This document shows positions 56,639 through 64,000 of a stretch of 64,000 bases of DNA, in pieces (the first letter of the stretch is position 1; each line of letters starts with the position of its first letter). The notes beneath the pieces were generated by a model. The model searched no databases, had not been told where the DNA came from, and saw only the letters and a program-made list of their open reading frames with translations. Origin of the DNA: a virus; the IMG/VR virus record IMGVR_UViG_3300014024_000003; one strand, given 5' to 3'. Both the position numbers and the translations under genes were made by a program.

Positions 56639-58477
56639 ATGGAAACTCAAGGTTATGTAATTTTTACTCAAGGTGCCTCTTCTAATGTTTGTAATTGGTT
56701 ATCTGATGTTGCTACAGAAAGTAATGATGTTGATATTCTGTGCGTGCCTTGCAGTGCTTTAAATAAGATTCCAGAGTTGTTTGTTAAATATTATGAAAAA
56801 GACGGCAATTATTATGAGCCTCTAGGTTTCGTTGGTTTCTCTCAAGATAACCAGACTACGTTTATTGAGTCTACTACTCGTACTCATGGATTTACGAAAG
56901 ATGAGTACCGTTCATTAGATAATGAGCTTTTAGATATTTCGTTTAGCGGCGCTTCTCAACGGTCACATGCCGTAGTGTTGAAAGACGATAAACCGGGTGC
57001 AGATCAGCTTGGGTGTTCTAACGCTTTCAGTTTCTTTGTGGTGGTAGCTTCCGTTCAAGAGTTAGTGACGTATCTACGAAGCACTTTGGAATTTGAGATT
57101 CCTGAGCATGTTGAGCTTCCTGAGAATAAGGTTCAGGTATCGCGTTCTCCTTTGGATTTTGGTCTTCCGTCTGCGGTGCCTTCTTCTGAGAATGAGGTTG
57201 CTTCGGTGCATCGGGTGGATTCTTCGGTGAGTCAGTCTCAGGTCAAAGAGTCGTTACACGCAGGTGATGCGGGCGCTGGTGACTCTGTTGTGTTTGAGGA
57301 TGGTCGTGACTCGGAGCAGGTTCCGCGCGCGTCTGGGTTCTCGAAGTTTTTAGGTCATTCTTCTGAGTCTGGTAGTGACCTTGATTCTGGTACTGATTCG
57401 GATCAGGATTTTTACGATATTCCAGAGAACACCGAAGCACAGGTATCGCTCACTGAGCTGAGCGCGGATGATGGTTCATCGGTGGTGCAGCAGGTTTCGG
57501 ATTTTGTGGGTGTTCCTTTTTCTTCGGCGCTTCAGCTTAGTGAGTTTGTGCTTCAGGTGATGCAGGAGAAGGATTTTTCTCAGGAGCAGATGAAGCGGTT
57601 GCAGCTTCAGGTGACTCGCTCGAAGACGGAGCAGAAGTCAGCGTTGCAGACGCAGGCGTTGGCTTACGAGCAGCGTATTGAGACGTTGGAAACTGAGGTT
57701 GAGGTGTTGCGGGATACGCGCGAGCGTTTGCAGATGCGGGTGGATAATTTAGGTTCACCGTCGTTGGTGGATTCGTTGCGTGGTTTGTGTGCGTCGTCTT
57801 TGTCGCTATCCCCGGTGAGTTTGGATATTCCGGTGGAGTCTGCTCTTGGTAATGCTAATTTCTTTACGGTGAGTGGTTCGCGGGCGAAGGGTTTTTATTC
57901 TACGTTATCGTCGATGTGTCTCAGTGCGGTATCTCGTTCTAAGGGTGATCTTTTGTTGTTGGATTTTGGGTATCCTTCAACGGCGATGTATACGTTTGCG
58001 TCTTCGTTTGTGAAGGGGTCTTCACAGTGGTTGCTTTCTGAGGATTACCGTTCGGTTTCTGAGTTTACGGTGAAGCATCCTAAATCTGATAGTATTCAGA
58101 TTTTTTCGTTGGCGCAGGAGCAGGTTCCGCCTGTGTTTTTGTGTTCGGTGGATTGGGTGAAAATTTTTGATGGTTTGAAGTCTGAGCCGTATAAGTGGGT
58201 TACGTCGTATTTTGGCGATGTTGATAATGTGTTTGGCGTTAGCATGATTTCAAGTCTTCCTGAGGGTAGTTCTATTTATCTGGTGTGTGAAGGTGATTTC
58301 TTACCTTTATCTAATCTTGTGAATACTTTGAAGGTTATCAAGGATAGTTCACCTGCTATTTTAAGTTCTATTGTTCTTCATATTTATAGTTACCGGAACT
58401 TGAAGGTAAATAATATTATTTTGGATACTTTGTATAAGTTCTTGGATAAGAATAAGCAGGTGGTTATCCATGAGTGA
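56639..58477 (+). CDS. coiled-coil protein with possible degenerate ParA/MinD-like C-terminal domain
   Basis: Acidic linker and coiled coil, then FTVSGSRAKG...LLLLDFG. Confidence 0.45.
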   Translation: METQGYVIFTQGASSNVCNWLSDVATESNDVDILCVPCSALNKIPELFVKYYEKDGNYYEPLGFVGFSQDNQTTFIESTTRTHGFTKDEYRSLDNELLDISFSGASQRSHAVVLKDDKPGADQLGCSNAFSFFVVVASVQELVTYLRSTLEFEIPEHVELPENKVQVSRSPLDFGLPSAVPSSENEVASVHRVDSSVSQSQVKESLHAGDAGAGDSVVFEDGRDSEQVPRASGFSKFLGHSSESGSDLDSGTDSDQDFYDIPENTEAQVSLTELSADDGSSVVQQVSDFVGVPFSSALQLSEFVLQVMQEKDFSQEQMKRLQLQVTRSKTEQKSALQTQALAYEQRIETLETEVEVLRDTRERLQMRVDNLGSPSLVDSLRGLCASSLSLSPVSLDIPVESALGNANFFTVSGSRAKGFYSTLSSMCLSAVSRSKGDLLLLDFGYPSTAMYTFASSFVKGSSQWLLSEDYRSVSEFTVKHPKSDSIQIFSLAQEQVPPVFLCSVDWVKIFDGLKSEPYKWVTSYFGDVDNVFGVSMISSLPEGSSIYLVCEGDFLPLSNLVNTLKVIKDSSPAILSSIVLHIYSYRNLKVNNIILDTLYKFLDKNKQVVIHE

Positions 58478-59162
58478 TCTTGAGGGTATCGCTTCTGAGC
58501 CTTTGGTGACTGTTCAGTGGCGTGGTAAGGTTCCTCAGAGTGTGTATGATTCTGTGGTTGCGCCTTTGAAGTCTTCTAAACAGTTTTTCTCTGTGATGAA
58601 AGCTGTTTTACTTTTGTCTGCTTGCAGTGAAGAATATCGTGAGTTTTTGTTACGTGAGTCTGAGCATATGCAGGAATGTGATGAGTCTTTGCGGGATGTT
58701 GTTAAGTCTTTAACTGTTTTGAAGTCTCTCCCGTTGCCAGTTCTGGACGGTGAACCTAATGCGGATTTGGGTTCTGAGGTAGAGGAAGATAACACCTCAG
58801 AATTTTCTAATTCGTCTCAGAGTGAAGGTTCTGTGGATGTATCGTCTCTCACGTCTGAGCTTTCTGAGGTTCGTTCCTTGTGTGAGCAGATTCTTTCTCA
58901 GGTCTCCCGATCTGCTGATTCTCAACACAAGGTACCTTCAAAGACTGAGCAGGTATCGCCAAGCGAGCAACGCTTGAACCGTCCTGCCCCGGTTTCTGCG
59001 GTGCGTAAGGCTGTTCCTGGTGGTGATTTTGAGGAGCTTCCTGAGTTGGAGGAGCTTCCTGAGTTGGAGGAAATTTCTGAGGATTCTACTTCCGCTGATT
59101 CGGATGTGCAGCAGGAGAGTTCTTCTGTAGGTGGTTTGCTTGATTTGGCGGTTCGTGTTTAG
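58470..59162 (+). CDS. acidic protein, possible ribbon-helix-helix N-terminus
   Basis: LVTVQWRGKVPQSVYDSVV strand-helix pattern; EELPEL duplication at 59031-59066. Confidence 0.5.
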   Translation: MSDLEGIASEPLVTVQWRGKVPQSVYDSVVAPLKSSKQFFSVMKAVLLLSACSEEYREFLLRESEHMQECDESLRDVVKSLTVLKSLPLPVLDGEPNADLGSEVEEDNTSEFSNSSQSEGSVDVSSLTSELSEVRSLCEQILSQVSRSADSQHKVPSKTEQVSPSEQRLNRPAPVSAVRKAVPGGDFEELPELEELPELEEISEDSTSADSDVQQESSSVGGLLDLAVRV

Positions 59163-59167
59163 TGTAG

Positions 59168-61090
59168 GTGTTTGTCATGGTTAAAATCAATTCTCAAAAT
59201 ATTTCTCGTGGTTCTTCACGATTGCGTGCGTCGTTCTTCAAAGACGAAGATGTTTCGGAGTTTGTGAAAGCTGCTCAATCTTCTACTCAGGATGATAAAC
59301 CTTTCCCTACGTTAGGGGAGGGGATTATTCCTGTGTATGGGGATGTTGATGACGGTTCTGGTCTTGACGGTGTTCGTTCTTCTGATTCATCTGATGAATT
59401 TATGGATTCTTTGTTTGAGGAAGAAGGGTATGAGGAAAAACCACGTAAGAAACTATCCCGTAAATTAGTTGTATTTTTAATTCTTTTATCTTTAGTGATT
59501 GTTTCGGTCGGAGGTTTTTATTTGTGGCGTAATTTTTATAAACCTCCTCAGGTAACCCCTCATGCGTTATCGCCCGGCTATCAGGTATCGCAGTACGGTA
59601 AGAAGGTTGCTGAGGGTGATCTGACGAAGGGTAATTTTAAGTATCTTTCTCAAGAGTTTGATTATAAGAAGCAGATGAAGCTGGGGCGTGAGTTTACGAA
59701 TGTGGTGCTCGGTACTGTGCATTATACGTTGCCGCAGGTAGAGCAGAAGGATATTCACGGGGATACATATGTGAAGGATGATAAGCCGGTGATGGTGGAT
59801 TCTGATCTTCTTGACGATGATACGGTGCAGCTTACCTATGTGGATTGGTCGGCTTTGCCGCTTTCGGATGCGGTGGTGAAGGATGCTATTACGTCGTATG
59901 GTTTGTCTTTGGATGATCCTGAGTTGTCGTCGAAGTTACCGGATGTTTTTGCGCAGTATGTGGTGACGTTGGCGAAGCGCGGTAAGTTGCCGACGAAGAC
60001 GGTGAAGTGGAAACCTTCGTTGGAGCGTTATGTGACGAAGGATTTAGATGAGGATGGTAAGGATGATGCGGATGCGCAGCAGGGTTATCGTGTGAGTGCT
60101 GAGGAAGATAAGGCTTTGGATACGCTTTTGTTCGGGTCTAAGGCTTTGTTGAAGAAGCTCTCTGATTTTTCGACGTTTGCTTTTGGTGAGAAGGCGCATA
60201 CGTCGAAGGAGTGGACGGCGTATGTGGGGGATGATTTGGATGTTGATTCTCAGCTGGTCGCCGCTTCGCAGAAGGATGCGGTAGCTGCCACGGGTGAGGT
60301 GTCGCAGCCTGCTTCTGATTCTCATGGGGTGCAGTTTAATTCTAAGAAGCAGACGGCGAATGCTTTGTATTCGAGTGTGTCTTCGCAGGAGGTTTATCCT
60401 TCTACGGTTCCTCAAGGTTATTGGTTGGAGCCTCTTTCTGGTTCGTCGTTGGTGATGCCGATGTCGTGGACGGGTACATACCGTTTGCAGGAGCTTGTGC
60501 CTGCGGCGTATCGCCAGAAGAATCTTCCGGCGTATTCTACACCTGCCCCGGTGGGGGATGGTTCTCGTAATGACCCGGCCGGTTTGGGGGTTTCTGTTCC
60601 TACGGTGTTTATGGCTGGTGGGGATCAGACGAAGCCGTTACGTGTTACGGTGCGGGATGTGAAGACCGGTCAGGATGCTATTGATTTTTTGGTGAGTAAG
60701 GATACGAATAGGAATCGCGGTATTACGACGCTATCAAATACGCAGTATGTGGTGGCGGTCACATTGGTGGAGAATTTGTCCCCTGATGAGATTACGGTGA
60801 AGTCTAATATTGCGCTTTCGGATTCTCAAGGTAACGTCACGTCTTCGGCGGGTAAGTTCTTTGGTCTCACGGATGAGGTGAAGATTCCGCCTTACGGTCA
60901 GGCGTATGTGGAGTCGTGGGTTTCGTCTCCGAATTTGCAGGAGAAGTATCTAATTTATGGTAAGGATTTTGAGCGTAAGCATGAGCCGGTGTGGTTGCGG
61001 CAGTTGGCGGCTTCGTCTGGTTCGGTGAAGGCTGAGCAGGTGGGTTCGTCTGCTTCACCGTCGGCTTCTGCTAAGAAGTCCGCGAAGTAG
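59168..61090 (+). CDS. single-pass membrane protein with large extracytoplasmic domain
   Basis: Acidic N-terminus, KKLSRK then TM helix, about 510-aa C-terminal region. Confidence 0.75.
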   Translation: MFVMVKINSQNISRGSSRLRASFFKDEDVSEFVKAAQSSTQDDKPFPTLGEGIIPVYGDVDDGSGLDGVRSSDSSDEFMDSLFEEEGYEEKPRKKLSRKLVVFLILLSLVIVSVGGFYLWRNFYKPPQVTPHALSPGYQVSQYGKKVAEGDLTKGNFKYLSQEFDYKKQMKLGREFTNVVLGTVHYTLPQVEQKDIHGDTYVKDDKPVMVDSDLLDDDTVQLTYVDWSALPLSDAVVKDAITSYGLSLDDPELSSKLPDVFAQYVVTLAKRGKLPTKTVKWKPSLERYVTKDLDEDGKDDADAQQGYRVSAEEDKALDTLLFGSKALLKKLSDFSTFAFGEKAHTSKEWTAYVGDDLDVDSQLVAASQKDAVAATGEVSQPASDSHGVQFNSKKQTANALYSSVSSQEVYPSTVPQGYWLEPLSGSSLVMPMSWTGTYRLQELVPAAYRQKNLPAYSTPAPVGDGSRNDPAGLGVSVPTVFMAGGDQTKPLRVTVRDVKTGQDAIDFLVSKDTNRNRGITTLSNTQYVVAVTLVENLSPDEITVKSNIALSDSQGNVTSSAGKFFGLTDEVKIPPYGQAYVESWVSSPNLQEKYLIYGKDFERKHEPVWLRQLAASSGSVKAEQVGSSASPSASAKKSAK

Positions 61091-61102
61091 GTTCTAAGTC
61101 GC

Positions 61103-61150
61103 GCGGGAAGGTATCGCTAGTTTTTGTTGGCGGTACCTTTTCGTGTGTTT
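61103..61150 (+). terminator. terminator hairpin built from GGTATCGC and GCGGTACC
   Basis: GCGGGAAGGTATCGCTAG...TTGGCGGTACCTTTTCGT pairs with G-U wobbles. Confidence 0.6.
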
Positions 61151-61211
61151 TGAGTGATTTTGTGAAGGTCATTTATTTTTAGCTTCATGTTATAATTTAC
61201 GTGTATTTAGT

Positions 61212-62372
61212 GTGTTTGGAGTGTTTATGTCTGCTGTGATTTCTCAAGATATTTCAAGTTATGTTGTGCGTGATATTTCTAATGTTGAGGAAGTATCATC
61301 GGTTAATCAAGATTTTGTTATTGAAGTTTTAGAGCGATGGAATGCTTTGATGCATTCTTCTCATAATTTTTTAAGTGATTTACCGTACCGTGTTGTTGGT
61401 GTTTATAAAAACCGTTCAGGTTCACCGGTGTTTTATCTGGATAGCTCTTTGCAGCATAATTTTAATATTTTTGGGTGGATTCAGGATGTAACCGGCGGGA
61501 AAGTTGTTCTTCAAGGTGCTTTTGCTCTTGAGAAGGCGAAGAGTTACCCTGCGAGCGCTTTTGTGTACCGTCAGTCCCTCACAGGCTCTACTACTTCCCG
61601 CCCGCAGAACACTACCACCACAGCAGGTACCGCCCGCGTCAGTGCTCCCTCTCAGGTAGAGGAGGCTCCTTCCCAGACCTTGAAGGACTCACACACTGGT
61701 ATTTCTCATACATCTGTTTCAGAAGATGATGCTCTCTTTGATACGTCGGATTTTAATTTCTCGGCGCGTGGGGGTGATCCTGTACCGGACAACGAGTCTA
61801 ATAAGTCCGAAGAAGATTTAGGTACCGCTGACCCGTTTAGTGGTACCGATGTTGCTTTTTCGGCGTTTAATGCGGCGGCACCGGATGATGTGGATTTTCC
61901 GGTGAATGATTCAGCTGAGGTTTCGGAGTTTGATGAGGTGGATGCTGCCTTGTTGCAGGTTTCCGCTGAGGATTCGTCCGAAGTTGAGGATGATCGTACT
62001 ATTGCGGTTTCGGTGCCTGGTTCTGCCCCTGAGCGTGATTTTTTCCGTTTGGTGGTTCGCTCAGGTGGGTATCGCGGTCATGAGTTTGAGATGTCGGCGT
62101 TTTCGTCTCGGTCGTATGTTGTGGGGCGTGCTGATGAGTCGGTTGATTTTTGTCCTGCTCCGGTGAAGACGATTTCTCGTAATCATGCTGAGTTTAAGGT
62201 TTCTGAGGTGGATGGTGAGAATGTGTTGCGGGTGCGTGATATGGGTTCTGTGAATCATACTTTTGTTTCTCGTGATAAAGGTTCTCATTTTGAGCAGATC
62301 GGTTCTGATTTTGTTGATGTGAAGGTGGGCGATTATGTTCGTTTTCATGATGTCGTTGTTGAAGTTCTTTAG
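61212..62372 (+). CDS. FHA-domain protein
   Basis: C-terminal VVGR...ISRNHA...DMGSVNHT. Confidence 0.88.
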   Translation: MFGVFMSAVISQDISSYVVRDISNVEEVSSVNQDFVIEVLERWNALMHSSHNFLSDLPYRVVGVYKNRSGSPVFYLDSSLQHNFNIFGWIQDVTGGKVVLQGAFALEKAKSYPASAFVYRQSLTGSTTSRPQNTTTTAGTARVSAPSQVEEAPSQTLKDSHTGISHTSVSEDDALFDTSDFNFSARGGDPVPDNESNKSEEDLGTADPFSGTDVAFSAFNAAAPDDVDFPVNDSAEVSEFDEVDAALLQVSAEDSSEVEDDRTIAVSVPGSAPERDFFRLVVRSGGYRGHEFEMSAFSSRSYVVGRADESVDFCPAPVKTISRNHAEFKVSEVDGENVLRVRDMGSVNHTFVSRDKGSHFEQIGSDFVDVKVGDYVRFHDVVVEVL

Positions 62373-62385
62373 ATAGGTTTCAAAG

Positions 62386-63363
62386 GTGAATAGTTATTTC
62401 CACTCTTCTTCTAATTTTGATTTGTTTTATCAGACAAATCTCGGTTCTCATTCTGTGAATGAGGATTCGGTATATATTTCTGAGTTCAAAATTACTTTCT
62501 CAGAGGATGATACAAAATCCTACCCCGCTGCTATCACTGTTCTCTGTGACGGTATGGGCGGTTTATCTCAAGGTGATTTTGCTTCTCAGACGGTTATCAA
62601 TCATGTTCGTGACGCTGTACAAGGGTCTTTTATTGATTTAGAAGACTTTGACGGGCAGATTATCAAAGATGCAATTCAACAGTCGAATGATGTGATTCTC
62701 GCTCATTCGTCTCAGACAGAGGAGAAGGTATCGTCCGGTACCACGTGTGTGGTGGCGTTGCTTTTTCCTGAATGTGTGGATGGTGATTTCAGTGGTCGGT
62801 ACGTTGTCAAGGTTTTTTCTATTGGGGATTCTCGGTGTTACATTCTTCGCTCTGCTGATTCTTCTTATCGTTCTGAATCTGCTGCTTCCCTCGGCCGCGA
62901 TGTTACCGGTATGGCTTATGAGCGCTTAACTCAGGATGATTCTCTACTAGAGTTTTACCGCCAGCAGAAGGCGATCTCCAAGGTAAAGCTACCGGACGGT
63001 AAGCTGGTTTTCCGGGTGAGTTATCAGGATTTCCGTAGGGATTATGTGCCTGCGGAGCTGTTGCGGCTGCGTTCTTCTTTGATTGCGTGTGTGGGTGTGG
63101 AGTCTTTGATTGAGCCTTGTATCCAGGAGATTACGTCGATCTTGGAGCCTCACGACGGTATTTTGTTGGCTTCTGACGGTTTTTGGCATCGTTTAGATCA
63201 CGTTACGACATGGTGCCGTGACATTTTAGAAGGGGACGAAGTTCACGTATATTTAGGGGAGTTGATGCGTGACTTTATTTCTCACGGTGAGCGCGATAAC
63301 CTTTCTGCTTCCGTGATTCGCGTTCGCTCATCTGCTGCGGTGCAGGAGGTTTCTCATGTCTAA
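62386..63363 (+). CDS. PP2C/PPM Ser/Thr phosphatase
   Basis: NED, CDGMGG, SGTT, IGDSR, LTQD, ASDGFW, DN. Confidence 0.92.
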   Translation: MNSYFHSSSNFDLFYQTNLGSHSVNEDSVYISEFKITFSEDDTKSYPAAITVLCDGMGGLSQGDFASQTVINHVRDAVQGSFIDLEDFDGQIIKDAIQQSNDVILAHSSQTEEKVSSGTTCVVALLFPECVDGDFSGRYVVKVFSIGDSRCYILRSADSSYRSESAASLGRDVTGMAYERLTQDDSLLEFYRQQKAISKVKLPDGKLVFRVSYQDFRRDYVPAELLRLRSSLIACVGVESLIEPCIQEITSILEPHDGILLASDGFWHRLDHVTTWCRDILEGDEVHVYLGELMRDFISHGERDNLSASVIRVRSSAAVQEVSHV

Positions 63364-64000
63364 TCAGTCTGTTTCTGCGGTACGTACAACCCGTCAGACA
63401 TTCCAGCGCCCGGTGCTTCAGGTCGGTACGATGCTGGATGAGGGGCGTTATACGGTGGTGCGTATTTTGAAGACGAACGGCGGTATGTCGAACGTCTATC
63501 TGGTGCGTAACACGGTCACGGGGAACCTGTTCTTTATGAAGCAGGTGGTGGATTTTGAGTCCGCGTCCGCCCTTCTGAAGCAAAAGGGTATCGGGTTCAC
63601 TCCCACTGAGGAGGAAGCGATTCGTCGTGAGCAACGTTCCCTGGTGAATGAGGTGAATGTTCTTAAGCATATTGCTAATCACACGAATTTGACGCAGGTT
63701 CCGGTGGTGGATTTTCACGCGGTGGATAAGTCGTTGGGTTCGCGTTTTATGATTTCCACCTGGTTTTCTAATACGCATACGTTGGATTCGGTGATTTCTG
63801 AGCGCCGTAAAGCTGAGGTGAACCTTTTTGAGGAGTCGGTGATTGAGGAGAATGTGCAGATTATTTTGTCACTGTGCTCGATCATCGGTCAGTTGCATCA
63901 GGGTAAGTATCCTGTGGTCTATCGTGATGTGAAGCCGTCTAACGTGTTGGTGGATAAGTCGTTGTCTGGTTCTGCTGCTCGGGTGGATTCGTCGGCGCGT
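63356..64000 (+). CDS. Hanks-type Ser/Thr protein kinase (runs off window end; not in ORF track)
   Basis: My translation from ATG 63356: GRYTVVRILKTNGGMSNVYLV...FMKQ...NEVNVLK...VYRDVKPSNVLV. Confidence 0.9.
   Translation, partial: MSNQSVSAVRTTRQTFQRPVLQVGTMLDEGRYTVVRILKTNGGMSNVYLVRNTVTGNLFFMKQVVDFESASALLKQKGIGFTPTEEEAIRREQRSLVNEVNVLKHIANHTNLTQVPVVDFHAVDKSLGSRFMISTWFSNTHTLDSVISERRKAEVNLFEESVIEENVQIILSLCSIIGQLHQGKYPVVYRDVKPSNVLVDKSLSGSAARVDSSAR

Larger units (their letters stand above)
1087..62075 (+). repeat. dispersed polar octamer GGTAYCGC (often CAGGTATCGC), at least 84 copies on the + strand
   Basis: By-eye count: at least 67 GGTATCGC (e.g. 1087, 2403, 3162, 3905, 6816, 7956, 9304, 21808, 45072, 45866, 61110, 62068) and at least 17 GGTACCGC; reverse complements seen only at 42691 and about 61130. 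Confidence 0.9.

Noticed and set aside
1087..62075. Octamer as a codon-pair artefact (QVS)
   Set aside because: It occurs in all three frames and in intergenic DNA
1..64000. Virion genes, tRNA/rRNA genes, transposases or integrases
   Set aside because: None recognisable by eye, so phage versus plasmid cannot be settled from this window

Overview
A gene-dense 64-kb segment of what looks like a giant extrachromosomal element (megaplasmid or jumbo-phage-like replicon; no virion genes, tRNAs or CRISPR recognisable here). Essentially all real genes lie on the + strand, which is strongly G+T-skewed. It encodes a largely self-sufficient replication/repair toolkit: family A polymerase, RuvC-like resolvase, UvrD, RecJ, YhaM-like HD nuclease, Mre11/SbcD, probable gp32-like SSB, and possible clamp and clamp-loader-like proteins. 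Three core enzymes (DnaG primase, NAD-dependent ligase, SbcC/Rad50) are each split into two non-adjacent genes. It also has a ParB-HNH-like fusion, a ParM-like actin, a J-domain protein, a Tat-signal C39-like peptidase, a 1531-aa P-loop protein and an FHA-PP2C-Ser/Thr kinase module. The strongest unexplained signal is a polar octamer, GGTAYCGC: I counted by eye at least 67 GGTATCGC plus at least 17 GGTACCGC on the + strand versus about one of each on the - strand, in all three reading frames and in intergenic DNA, roughly one per kb. Other highlights: a 1-kb non-coding region with eight 20-21-bp iteron-like repeats and palindromic operators next to an HTH gene, several promoter-hairpin-terminator units that look like small RNAs (one carrying an anti-RBS matching the sbcCD cluster), and a tandem array of six diverged paralogues. 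Leaderless starts and the Tat signal hint at an actinobacterial host (inference). All protein calls rest on motif recognition by eye, not on database searches.
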